Assembly: GCF_963921235.1 (NCBI RefSeq)
Contig: NC_086109.1
Coordinates: 2,916,001-2,980,000, forward strand
DNA from: Mobula hypostoma
Lineage: Eukaryota
Direction: 5' to 3'
Length of the DNA: 64,000 nt
Part shown: positions 38,806 through 51,034 of the stretch, piece after piece
Layout of the letters: every line of letters starts with the position of its first letter
Position numbering within the stretch: position 1 is the stretch's first letter
Notes under the pieces: generated by a model
The model's database searches: none
Told to the model about the DNA's origin: nothing
What the model saw: only the letters and a program-made list of their open reading frames with translations
Position numbers and translations under genes: made by a program

Positions 38806-39300
38806 TTTTATCTGTCTCTTCCAAGGTTCCTGGCCATTTCACAACTCATTGTTTGGTATCACCTTCTGTTGTGAGGTACACACTAAAAAAATACAAATAT
38901 TTTCAAATAGCACTGGGAATTGAAAGATTTTTTTTTAGTAAATTCATGTACGAGGATGATTTATATTTATGGGAAATGTTCCAAAAAATTTACATAAATA
39001 GTTGTGCTTTCTTCCCATGAGACACGATCTCACATTGGAATGCCCGGGATGTGTTCGAACTTGCTGAGAGTGATTTTTCTATTTGTTCTCCTCCCTCTGC
39101 ATCACCTGTTATACTCTAATACACTCACATTGCTCAACTTTCTTACACACCCACGCACATTTCCCATGCACTCACGTCTCCTACTACAAAACCCTTACAT
39201 ATACATATATACATCTAGCATACATACAAATCTCACTCACACACGCGTATGCTAAATGCACAGGTATATTTCATACCGATATACTGTATACCTCTCAAAC

Positions 39301-39302
<2 letters not shown>

Positions 39303-39348
<46 letters not shown>
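39303..39348. repeat. Perfect (AC)23 microsatellite
   Basis: Directly visible. Confidence 0.97.
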
Positions 39349-39353
<5 letters not shown>

Positions 39354-39674
39354 ATTAAAACTTTGAAACAGACTCTCTTGGAGCCCACCACATCCAACAC
39401 CAACAGTAATGCTTATCGACAGCCATTCAGTTATTTGCATTTGTCTGGTATCTCTCTACACTCTTCTCATCCACGTACCTGTCTACATTCCTCAGACATT
39501 GTAAATTTATCTGAGCCTAACACATCTTTTAGCAGCTTGTTCCAGATAGCCATAACACTCTTAGTGCGGAACTTGCCCCTCACATATCTTTCAACTCTCT
39601 TCCCTCTCAAATTAAACTTCTGCCCTTGATTTCTAGACCAGCCTTCACTGGGAAAAAAGATTGTGACTGCCTTT

Positions 39675-40170
39675 CCCTCTGATCACCACTGTCCTCTCAA
39701 TCTGATCACCATTGCATTCTCACTCTGATCACCACTGCCCTCTCCCTACTGCCATCTCCTCAGATTACCACAGTCTCTCATTCTGATCACCATTGTCTTC
39801 TCCCTCTGTTCACTACTTCCCTCTCCCTCTGATCACCACTGTTCTCTCACTCTGATCACTACTGCCCTCTCCCTACTGCCATCTCCTCAGATTACCACTG
39901 TCTCTCACTCTGATCATCATTGTCTTCTCCCTCTGTTCACTATTTCCCTCTCCCCCTGATTACCACTGTCCTCTCCCTCTGATCTCCACTCCCCTCTCAC
40001 TCTGATCACCATTGCCTTTTCCCTCCGATCACCACAGCATTCTCACTCTGGTCACCAAAGCTCTCTCCCTCTGATTACTATTGTCCTTTCGCTCTATTCA
40101 CCACAGCTCACTCCCTCTGATCACTAATGAGCTCGCTCTCCGATCACCACTGCCATTTTTCTCCAGTCAC
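39675..40170. repeat. Minisatellite, 23-bp unit CCCTCTGATCACCACTGTCCTCT, ~21 copies
   Basis: Tandem units, including a 127-bp higher-order duplication (39721-39847 / 39848-39974). Confidence 0.92.
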
Positions 40171-40519
40171 CAAATCATTTTTGGTGATGTAGTTTAGTTC
40201 TATGACAAGTTATTTTTTCATCTACAGAAGCTAAATAATGTTAAAGCACCTTATAACACCATTCAGCCCATGCTGTTTTTGTGGAATCTTTGAAAATACT
40301 CCTTGGTATGTCCATTTTAAAAGTAGGATAATTAAGATTTAGTTGAAGCGCTAAAGACTTCAGGAGATGAAGTTTGGCGCCACCTGCTGTACAAATCCAG
40401 TACTGACTGAGCATGTGTTCAGTGTCCAATTACAGCTCCTGTTTGCTACACAGAGGCATATTGTTAACTTCTGTTTCTGGTAAACATTCTCTGAAATCTC
40501 AACTCATTTTAAGTAAGTA

Positions 40520-40970
40520 AGGCCACCCTCAGGGTGGAGGAGCAACATCTTATATTCTGTCTGTGTAGCCTCCAACCTGATGGCACAAGTATCGATGTCA
40601 CCTTCTGGTAAAAACATTTTCCCTCCCCCTCCCCTCTTCTTCTGTTCTCCACTTTTAGCTCCTACCCTTTCTCGCCTGCCTATCTCCTCCCCTTCGGTCC
40701 TCTCTTCCTGTCCTTTCTCCCATGGTTCTCTCTCCTTTCTTATCAGATTCCTTCTTCTCTAGCCCTTCACCTTTCCTACCAACTTGGGTTCATCTATCAC
40801 CTGCTAGCTATCCTCCTTCCCCCCACCCACAACCACGACCTTTTTATTCTGGCGTCTCCCCGCTTCCTTTTCAGTCCTGAAGCAGGGTCTGGGCCCAAAA
40901 TATTTCCATAGATGCAGCCTGACCTGGTGAGTTCATCCAGCATTTTGTGCGTGTTGCCTTGGATTTCCAT
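40520..40970 (+). mobile_element. Neptune-type Penelope 3' end and pseudo-LTR
   Basis: ATLRVEEQHLIFCLCSLQPDG, then a pyrimidine-rich UTR, a degenerate hammerhead (cagtcctgaagcagggtctgggcccaaaa) and gatgcagcctgacctg. Confidence 0.85.
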
Positions 40971-41239
40971 GTTTATAGTATGTGAACTATACCAGAATTG
41001 ATTGTGGCTTGGTGCCAAGTGTAAAACACAGGACAATACCATAATAGACAACACAAGAGCAATCAATAATTTACAAGGTGAGCAATCAACAACCAGCAGA
41101 AGGGTCACAAGTCTATAATCAAACTGAACTAAATGTGAACATATGAACAAACTCGATAATTATCAACAGAACAAGGACAGCAGGAAAGGCCATTTCACAG
41201 AAGCTGTGCAGGGAATTTGCCCAGCTCTTACCATCCTTT

Positions 41240-41547
41240 GTGGGCACATGGCCGAGTGGTTAAGGCGTCAGTCTAGTGATCTGAAGGTCGTGAGTTCGAG
41301 CCTCAGCTGAGGCAGCGTGTTGTGTCCTTGAGCAAGGCACTTAACCACACATTGCTCTGCGACAACACCGATACCAAGCTGTATGGGTCCTAATGCCCTT
41401 CCCTTGGACAACATCGGTGTCGTGGAGAGGGGAGAATTGCAGCATGGGCAACTGCTGATCTTCCATACAACCTTGCCCAGGCCTGTGCCCTGGAGAGTGA
41501 AGACTCTCCAGGTGCAGATCCATGATCTTGCAAGATTAACGGATGCC
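41240..41547 (+). mobile_element. tRNA-derived CORE-like SINE
   Basis: A-box TGGCCGAGTGG, B-box GTTCGAGCC, CORE-like TGTGTCCTTGAGCAAGGCACTTAACC. TSD TAyCATCCTTT at 41229-41239 and 41548-41558. Confidence 0.85.
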
Positions 41548-41799
41548 TATCATCCTTTCATGAACAATTTACCATCCCTAACAGTGATGTTCACTTCAGT
41601 ATGTTATTGTACAGAAATAGCAATTTGTTTTTCAAATGATGGGTAAAATGGTTCATATGGAAGCACAGGAACAGAGTTCCATATATATGAGCGTGGGCAG
41701 CAGTGGTTAGAGTAATGCTTTACAACACCAACAATCAGCAATCGCCGCTGTCTGTAACGAGTTTGTGCATTCTACCCGTAACTGATTAGGTTTATTTTT

Positions 41800-42362
41800 C
41801 AAAGTTCAAAGTAAATTTATTATCAAAGTACATATACGTCACCCATATTCATTTTCTTTTGGGCATTCTCAATAAATCTGTAGAATAGTAACTATAAAAG
41901 AATCAATGAAAGACCGCCCACTTGTCTGCTCTACCAGTGTTCAGGAAACAACAAGCTGTGCAAATACAAAAAGAAAGAAATAATAATAATAAATAAATAG
42001 TAATAAATATCGAGAACATGAGATGAAGAGTCCTTGAAAGTGAGTCCATAGGTTGCGGGAACCTTTCAATGAAGGGTTCTTGACCTGAGGGGGACAAACA
42101 AGTGAAGTTTGTCACCTTTGGTTCAAGGGCCCGATGGTTGAAGAGTAACATCTGTTCCTGAACCTGGCGGTGAGAGTCCTGAGGCTCCTGTATCTTCTTC
42201 CTGATGGCAGCAGTGAGAAGAGAGAATGGCCTGGGTGGTGGAGGTCCCTGAAGATGGATGATGCTTTCCTATAACAGCGCTCTATGTAGACATGTTCAGT
42301 GGTGGGGAGGCCTTTACCTTTGATGGTCTGGGCTGCATCCACTACTTTTTGTAGGACTTTCA
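41800..42362 (-). mobile_element. Rex1/Babar 3' end with an intact (TTA)n-containing UTR
   Basis: LQKVVDAAQ...HPGHSLFSLLPSGRRYRSLRT. The UTR contains taataataataaataaat (~41980-42000). Confidence 0.88.
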
Positions 42363-42849
42363 AGATAATTAAGAATTAATTCACAAATGGGGTGAGAGAA
42401 ATGATAATTAGAAAGGTTTAGGTATATCTGGAGGGAGCAGGGGTTGGAGATGGAAAAGGCAAGTTACCCAAAATTATTAAACTCAACTTTGATAGAGGAG
42501 ATATTTCTTGATCTTAATTGGGCATTACTAGTACAATGTAGGAGACTGAAACATAGATTCCAGACTGGGAATAGGACAACGGAAGCTGAGAGACTCAAGT
42601 CAGCTTCTGGACTAAAGAAATTACTGTTCTGTGTTCAGTTTCTCTGCTGTAATGCAGACCACATCATGAGCTCCAAGTGTAGTACATCAGATTGGAAGTA
42701 TATCTGTACTCATGGAAGGACTGATTAAGTATGTTGCGGAGCTCACAGATGTTAGGAAGGGAAGAGGTTAAATTGAAAGCCAAGCTTATTGTCATCTGTA
42801 CAAATCCATGCCTACACAGATGCAATGAAAAACTTACAGCAGCATCATA

Positions 42850-43312
42850 AGAATGATCCCACGAATGAAAGGGTTAACATATGTGGGGCACTTGATGGCT
42901 CTGAGTTTGTACTTGCTGGAATTTAGAAGAATAAGGTGTGGAATCTCATTGAAACCTACCAAATATTGAAAGGACTATTTAGAGTGGATGGGGAGAAGAT
43001 GTTTCCTAAAGTGGGGAAGTCTAGAACACAGCCTCAGAATAGAGGAACATCCCTTTAGAATAGAGATGAAGTGGAATTTCTTCAGCCAGAGGATGGTGAA
43101 TCTGTGGAATTCATTGCCACAAATGGCCTTGGAAGCCAAGACCTATTTAAAGTGAAGATTGATAGGTTCTTGGTTTGTAAGGGTGTTCAAGGTTACAGGG
43201 AGAAGGCAGGAGAATGGAGTTCAGCGGGATAATAAATCAGCCAGGATGGAATGCTTGGAGCCAACTCAAATGGGCTGAGTGGCCTAATTCTTCTTCTGTC
43301 TCTTTTGGTCTT
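42850..43312 (+). mobile_element. CR1 3' fragment
   Basis: LEFRR...LIETYQILKG...FFSQRMVNLWNSLP and the 3'UTR. Confidence 0.88.
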
Positions 43313-44694
43313 ATCACAGGCACATAGTATCATATATGCAACATTAGAAAAAAATACATTTTTATGTGAAACAATCAGGACAAAAAATGGCCAGGAGTTG
43401 CATCTCCTGAGGTGACACGGGAGAGTGCCATGAGAGTTTTGATGGAGGTGGTGGGGGGGGCCAGGGAGAGGCAGAAGCATCACTTCCATCCGAGGCATTT
43501 GGACTAGAAGGGCTGAATGGCCTGTTTTCTGTGCTGCAGTGTTCTATAGTGAATAGGAAAGGAGAAGAGGGCTGCAGGTCTAATGTAGTGAGTGTAGACA
43601 GGGATCAGAGTAGGTGTGGACGAGTTGGGCTGGGGTGCTCAGGTCTGAGTTGGACAGTTCTATGGCTCTATAAAAGGGGAAGGCAGGGACGATCTATCCT
43701 TAACTATCAGTTCCTGTCAATTTCATCCATTATCTCACTCCCACTGTGACCTCTCTCCAACCTCCTGTGTTGGTCTAACAATGTTCAATATAAACTCCAA
43801 GAACAGCACATTATTTCCCAATGGTATATTTCATCCCACAGGATTCAACAATTTCAGAGCATCATTTTTTTTATTCTGCAGATGTAGTCAAACCTTTGTT
43901 TCGATTTAATCCTTTTTTTTCCCTTCAGTTTCCCGTGGACAGATTATAAAGTGATTTTTTTTTATCAACTTTGCTCTGCCCCATCACAAATATTCTCTCC
44001 ACGCACCTCTCTCTGTGACATAGAAGGCTTGATTTCTCACATTTCCAGTTCTGATTAAAGGTCCCTGATCTGAATTATCAGCTTTGTTTCTTTCCCTTTG
44101 AGTGTGTTTGATGTGCTGAACCCATCTGTTGTTTTCCATTGTTCCAATGGGCGCATTGGTGCTCAAATCACTGTAACGAGCAAGCCCCACAAATTTAATG
44201 TATAATGTATGTCACAGATATCGGTGCTGGGTGAAACACAATTCACATGACATTTCCATGACTTCAGTGGCCATTTTGTTTATCCCTTCCTCACTTTATG
44301 GTAATTAGAGAATGACTAAATGAGCCTCTTTATCATATTATATTTTATGCATTTAATAATGTGTTATAGAAGCACTCAACTAACGAGATAATTGTCACGA
44401 GGAACCATTTTTCTAAAATAACTTGGTCACCGGACATGCTGATGAATTCAATAGTGCCACACGATGGAGCTGTTGTATTTGTAAGCAGGGAGCGGACAAA
44501 GAAATAATTTGAGCGTCTGAGTCACAGAGAGACACTGCAGTCAAACAGGACCTTCAGCCACTGAGTTTGTTCCAACCATTTGCACATTAATACCACTTTT
44601 TGTTCTCTTCATATTATCATCAGCTCTCTCCAGATTTTGCCACTTACCCACAGACTGGGTGCAATTCACAGTGGCTAAATAACCTTACTTTTAG

Positions 44695-44945
44695 TTATTT
44701 ATTTACTGAGGTACAACGCAGAATAAGCCCTTCCAGCTCTTCAAGGCACAGCGCCCGGAAATCCTCGGATTTAATCCAGCCTAATTGCAGGGCAATTTAC
44801 AATGACCAATTAACCTACCCTGCGGACGGTGGGAAGAAACTGCAGTGGTCAGAGAAAGCCAGACAGTCATGGAGAGAATGTCCAGGCAGCGGCAGGAACC
44901 CTGGTTGCCTGTACTGTAAAGCTCTGTGCTAACTACTATACAACC
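44695..44945 (-). mobile_element. V-SINE (decayed)
   Basis: Same layout as 37810-38085. Confidence 0.75.
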
Positions 44946-45091
44946 TAAATGTTTGGCATGTGATTTACATGGGAGACTGAACACAAGTTTAGAGCTCATG
45001 AGATCTGGGACAAATTGGAAAACTGGATTGACAATTGCCTTGGAGTCAGAGGTTGATAGTAGAGGGTTGCTTTAGTGACTAAATCAGGGGT

Positions 45092-46191
45092 TATAGTCAT
45101 AGTCATAGTCATACTTTATTGATCCCGGGGGAAATTGGTTTTCATTACAGTTGCACCATAAATAATAAATAGTGATAAAACCATAAATAGTTAAATAGTA
45201 ATATGTAAATTATGCCAGGAAATAAGTCCAGGACCAGCCTATTGGCTCAGGGTGCCTGACCCTCCAAGGGAGGAGTTGTAAAGTTTGATGGCTACAGGCA
45301 GGAATGACTTCCTATGACGCTCTGTGTTGCATCTCGGTGGAATGAGTCTCTGGCTGAATGTACTCCTGTGCCCACCCAGTACATTATGTAGTGGATGGGA
45401 GACATTGTCCAAGATGGCATGCAACTTGGACAGCATCCTCTTTTCAGACACCACTGTCAGAGAGTCCAGTTCCATCCCCACAACATCACTGGCCTTACGA
45501 ATGAGTTTGTTGATTCTGTTGGTGTCTGCTACCCTCAGCCTGCTGCCCCAGCACACAACAGCAAACATGATAGCACTGGCCACCACAGACTCATAGAACA
45601 TCCTCAGCATCGTCCGGCAGATGTTAAAGGACCTCAGTCTCCTCAGGAAATAGAGACGGCTCTGACCCTTCTTCTAGACAGCCTCAGTGTTCTTTGACCA
45701 GTCCAGTTTATTGTCAATTCGTATCCCCAGGTATTTGTAATCCTCCACCATATCCACACTGACCCCCAGGATGGAAACAGGGGTCACCAGTACCTTAGCT
45801 CTCCTCAGGTCTACCAGCAGCTCCTTAGTCTTTTTCACATTAAGCTGCAGATAATTCTGCTCACACCATGTGACAAAGTTTCCTACCGTAGCCCTGTACT
45901 CAGCCTCATCTCCCTTGCTGATGCATCCAACTATGGCAGAGTCATCCGAAAACTTCTGAAGATGACAAGACTCTGTGCAGTAGCTGAAGTCCGAGGTGTA
46001 AATGGTGAAGAGAAAGGGAGACAAGACAGTCCCCTGTGGAGCCCCAGTGCTGCTGATCACTCTGTCGGACACACGCTGTTGCAAGCACACGTACTGTGGT
46101 CTGCCAGTCAGGTAATCAGGAATCCATGACACCAGGAAAGCATCCACCTGCATCGCTGTCAGCTTCTCCCCCAGCAGAGCAGGGCGGATGG
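45092..46191 (-). mobile_element. Young Rex1/Babar LINE, 5'-truncated, (ACTATG)n tail, inserted in a hAT MITE
   Basis: In-frame ORFs 45674-46153 and 45239-45610 separated by one TAG. GAPQGTVLSPFLFTIYT, KFSDD, YKYLG. MITE halves caggggtt and tcccgacc...ggggtccat flank it. Confidence 0.93.
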
Positions 46192-47525
46192 CTCCCGACC
46201 TTTATTATGCTATGGACTCCTGCCATTAACCGAGGGGTCCATAGGTCACACATTGGATTAGATAGTGGTAACTAGTGATGTTCCACAAAGACCGATGGTG
46301 TGTCCTTGCTGTATGCAATATACATGATGGACTGAGATGATGGATGTGGGAGGCAAATGATTTGAAGATTGGTGGCGGTGTTGATTTGTCAAAGGCAGTG
46401 TTAAGCAGTGGAGAGATATGAATACATTGGTGAAACAGCAGATAGAGCTTAATCTAGACAAACATAACAAGATACATTTTGGGAGCACACGTTGCCAATG
46501 TTGTTTCAACACCTGATAAGCCACACCAGGCCTGCGTAATAATTATACTTCAATAAATCGTGGTTAGTTTGAACAACTCCGGGAGTCATTATGTGTTCCC
46601 TTTTTTGGTTTCGCAGTTTCCAAAATCCTCTATTCACTCCAGATGAACCTGGTGGGAGTTTGACAAGACTTCTCCAAGTCTCTGAATCTTCTTTCCATAG
46701 TCACTTTAGCCACATGGGGTGCAATTACCACATGTTTATGCTTCTACAATTTATCTGTCGATCCCAGCGACACGGTGCCCAAGATGTCTGTTATCGGAGC
46801 ATCCGTATCTGCTTTCTGTGTGCTCAGTGGTAGGGGCATGTTCGGCTTCATTAGGAAAGAGATGTTTGAAATGTGGGTGGGGAAATGGCAGACAGAGTTT
46901 AACCGAGACAACACACAGAAAAAGGAGGAGGACCTCAGCAGTATCACAAACATGAGAAAATCTGCAGATGCTGGAAATCCAAAGCAATGTACACAAGATG
47001 CTGGAGGAACTCAGCAGGCCAGGCAGCATCCGTGGAAGGAAATAAAGACTCAATGTTTCAGGCTGAGACTTTCATCTTTGCCATCTCGCTCCAGATAATG
47101 ATCTGGCTTTTGATTCCTCTTATCGAGCTGCACAATTTCATATCTCCCACCTTAAACTGCATGTGCCAGGATTCATTCAGCCTATCTATGTCCTGTTGCA
47201 GAATCACAAAGTTTTCATCATGATATTTCCTACAGATATATTTATAGAGCTGTACAGCATGGAAAAAGGCACTTCGGTCCATACATGACCATGCCGACAA
47301 AGACATGCATTTAATCTAATCACATTTCCCACCATATGGCCCATATCCCTCCAAACTCATGTCTCCATTTACCTGTCCACACACTTCTTAAGCATTTCTA
47401 ATGTACCTGCCTTAACCACTTCCTCTGTCAATTGGTTCCATAGATCTACCAAATCCTGTGTAAAATAAAAATTCCCTTAGGGTTCTCATCAAACCGTTCA
47501 CCTCTGAGCTTAAAATTATATCCTC

Positions 47526-48773
47526 TTATGGACTCTAATCATTTGTCCCCTTCAGCTTGTCGTTTGATTGCATTTGTTACATTAACAGCCAGAAGATCCA
47601 TTTTATTTAAGTGGAAAGATTCTAATCCCCGTATTACATTTCAATGGTTTTCCCAAACTCTAACATGTTTAAACTTGGAAAAAATTAGGAGTGGTACTAT
47701 CGATCTTTCAGCTAAATTTGAAGAAACTTGGAGGACATCTATTCAACATTTTCATATGATGTAAGTTGACCTTTTCCAAATCCTTTTCAATAACTTTTTG
47801 TTTGTGTATGGAGGAGCGGAGTTAATGACAAATAATGATCTTAACCGATGAAACATGGCAGCCCAGCTTTTGTTTTGTTTTGCTCTGTTTTGTTTTTTTC
47901 AGTGTAGGGGACTGTTTTTCGTATAAAACTTTTTGAATCTTTTTCATGTTCAGTTATGAAGAGATTGGGAGGCTTAAATTACATATGTTACTCGGAGTCT
48001 GTGTCTGTATATGTTAACTGTTATTAATGTAATCCCGATCTCGAACTAGGGGAAGGAGAAGATGGCGGTGCGACGCAGCTCAGCGGCCGCTCCGGAATGA
48101 TGTCTGTATTTGTCAAGTAGGTACCGTGCACAATCCTGATTTGATGGAGACGGACGTGAGAGCACGGAGGAACATCTGGAGAAACTTCTGAAATGCCCGC
48201 TTCACTGCCGCTGCTACCGTGCGATCGAGAATCTCTGGAGGGGAAGGCCCCAAATCCTTGGCTTTGTCTGTTGCTGGTGGCCGGGGCCAGGGTCAAAGAG
48301 CTCGGCAGAGATGGTGCTCGGTGCTCGGTGTTGGAGGGCTGGTCGGAGGCTGGAAGTTTTCGGATGGACTCAGAGTCGGACTGTGGTCGGGTGCTTCCAG
48401 GATGCTGTATTGGCAAATCTGCAGCACAGGAAGCTCATGGCAGGGAGAGTTTCTCCCTTTAACTGTCTGCGTGAGATGTTGGGACTTTCGAGAGACTTTG
48501 AAACTTTTTTTTACCATGCCTATGGTCTGTTCTTCATCAAATTACGGTATTGCTTTGCACTTTTGTAACTATATGCTATAATTATGTTGTTTTGTCAGTT
48601 TTTCAGTATGTTTCTGTGATATCATACTGGAGGAACATTATATCATTTCTTAACGCATGCATTACTAAATGACAATAAAAGAGGACTGCGTGTCCTCATA
48701 ATCTAATCTAATCTAATCTAATCTCTTTGTATCATTATCATTGTTATGTTTATCAATAAAAAAGATTGAGAAA
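47526..48773 (+). mobile_element. L1/Tx1-clade 3' end (ORF2 C-terminus, 3'UTR, A-tail), interrupted at 48043-48720
   Basis: IAFVTLTARRSILFKWK...LEKIR...FEETW. AATAAA plus an A-rich tail. 14-bp TSD AAAATTATATCCTC (47512-47525 and 48774-48787) at a TT/AAAA site. Confidence 0.92.
48043..48720 (+). mobile_element. Non-autonomous non-LTR element (AAGATGGCG head, TGACAATAAA, 3' stem-loop, (TCTAA)n tail), copy 1
   Basis: ATCTC duplicated at 48038-48042 and 48721-48725. CpG-rich head. No RT ORF and no Pol III boxes recognised. Confidence 0.85.
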
Positions 48774-48871
48774 AAAATTATATCCTCAGGTTTTGATTTT
48801 TCAGCCCTGGAAGAAACACCACTCACCTTATCTAAACTTCTGATGATTTTATGTAATTCTATGATTTTATA

Positions 48872-49558
48872 TTTAGATTAGATCAGATTATGAGGACACT
48901 CAGTCCTCTTTTCTTGTCATTTAGTAATGCATGCATTAAAAAATGATACAATGTTCCTCCAGCATGGTATCACAGAAACACAGGACAAACCAAGACTAAA
49001 AAAAAACTGACAAAAACCACATAATTATAACATAGTTACAACAGTGCAAAGCAATACCGTAATTTGATGAAGAACAGGCCATGGGCTTGGTAAAAAAAAG
49101 TCTCAAAGTCTCTCAAAAGTCCCATCACCTCACGCAGACGGTAGAAGGGAGAAAACTCTCTCTGCCATGAGCTTCCAGCACCGCAAACTTGCCGATGCAG
49201 CACCCTGGAAGCACCCAACCACAGTCCGACTCTGAGTCTGTCCGAAAGCTTCGAGCCTCCGACCAGCCCTCCGATACCGAGCACCGAGCACCACCTCTGC
49301 CGAGCGCTTCGACCCCGGCCCCAGCAACAGGCAATAGGCAAAGCTGAGGATTTGGGGCCTTCCCCTCCAGAGATTCTCGATCGCACAGTAGCAGTGGCAA
49401 CGAAGCAGGCATTTCAGAAGTTTCTCCAGATGTTCCTCCGTGCTTCTCACGTCCATCTCCATCAAATAAGAATTGTGCATGGCCCCTATTTAACAAATAT
49501 GATATCAATTAGGAGTGGCCGCGCGCACTGCGTCGTGCTGCCATCTTCTCCTCCCCTC
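48872..49558 (-). mobile_element. Same non-autonomous element, copy 2 (inverted)
   Basis: Reverse complement aligns end to end with 48049-48720. Confidence 0.87.
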
Positions 49559-51034
49559 CGTATCCGCCCCCCGATGACGTGAGAGGATCCTTCAGGAGGA
49601 TAAATTCACAGAAAACATCTGATCCAGATGAGGTACATGGCCAAGTATTAAAGACCTATGCTGATTAACTTGTTGGATATCACCGATATCATTAACCTCT
49701 CACTTCGGCAGTCTGGGGTACCCAACTGCTTCAAGCAGACTTCAATTACACTGGTGCCTAAGAAGACTTCGCTAACCTGCTTCGGTGACTACCGTCCAGC
49801 AGAAATAACATCCACTGTGCTTTGAGAAGCTGATGATGAAATATATCAATTTCTGCCTGAGAAGTGACTTGAATCTGCTCCAATTTGTCTACCATCACAA
49901 GAGGTCAATAGTAGGTGCCATTTCATTGATTCTTCACTCCACCCTGGAACATCTGGACAGTGAAGATGCATATTTCATTGACTAGAGCTTGGCATTCAAT
50001 ACTATCATCAAAACTAATCAGTAAGCTTCAAGACCTTGGCTTCAATACCTCCTTGTTCAACTGAGTCCTCAGTTTCCTCTCTTGCAGACTCTAGTCATTT
50101 CAGATTAGGAACATCTCTTCTACAATCTCCATCAGCACAGGTGCACCACAAGGCAATGTGTTTAGATCCCTGCTCTACTTGCTTTATATTTAAGATTCTG
50201 AGGCTAAGCACAGCTCCAACGCTATATTTAAGTTTGCTGACAACACCTCTGTAGCTGGCCAAATCAAAAGTGGCGATGAATCAGCATATAAGAGGATATT
50301 GAAAATCTGGCTAAGTGGTGCCACAACAACAATATCTCACTCAGTGTCAGCAAGAGCAAAGAGCTGATTACATCAGGAGGAGGAAATCAGATGTCCATGA
50401 GCCAGTTCTCGTTAGTGGATATGGGAGGAGAGGGTCAGCAACTTTGAATTCCTCAGTGTTATGGTTTCAGAGCCTCTGTCCTGTGTCCAGCACCCAATTG
50501 CCATTACAAAGAAAACACAGCAACACCTCTCCTTGCAAAGATTTGGCATGTAATCAAAAACTTTGACAAACTTCTATAGATGTGCAGTGGAGTGCATATT
50601 GACTGGTTGCATCATGTTCTGGTATGGAAACATCAATATCCTTGAACAGAAAAGCCTTACAAAAAGTAATGGATACAACCAGTCCATTACGGGTAAAGCC
50701 CTCCCCACTAATGAACACATCTACATGCAGTAAAGCAGTATTCATCATCAGGGACCCCCACCACCCAGGTCGTGCTCTCATCTCACTGCTCCCATCAGGA
50801 AGAGGGTACAGGAGCCTCTGGACCCACATTACCAGGGTTAGGAACAATTATTGCCCCTCAACCATCGGGCTCTTGAACCAAAGGGGGTGACGTCACTCAG
50901 CTTCACCTGCCTCATTACTGAACTGTTCCCACAACCTATGGATTTACTTTCAAGAACTCTGCATTTCATGTTCTCATTATTTATTGCCATATTCTCGATA
51001 TCTGTTGTTTATTTATTTATTATTATTATGTTTT

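Noticed and set aside
38500..39629. His/Thr- or Cys/Val-rich proteins
   Set aside because: These are translations of (CA)n microsatellites.
41240..41315. tRNA gene
   Set aside because: It continues directly into a CORE-like body within a TSD and I see no convincing acceptor stem, so it is a SINE head.
48043..49558. Single DNA transposon with long terminal inverted repeats
   Set aside because: Each arm has its own retro-type tail, arm 1 has its own duplication inside an L1, the arms are diverged, and there is no outer TSD.
48024..49582. ORFs of 74-130 aa in the inverted elements
   Set aside because: Open in many frames on both strands because of GC richness, indels differ between copies, and there are no known motifs.
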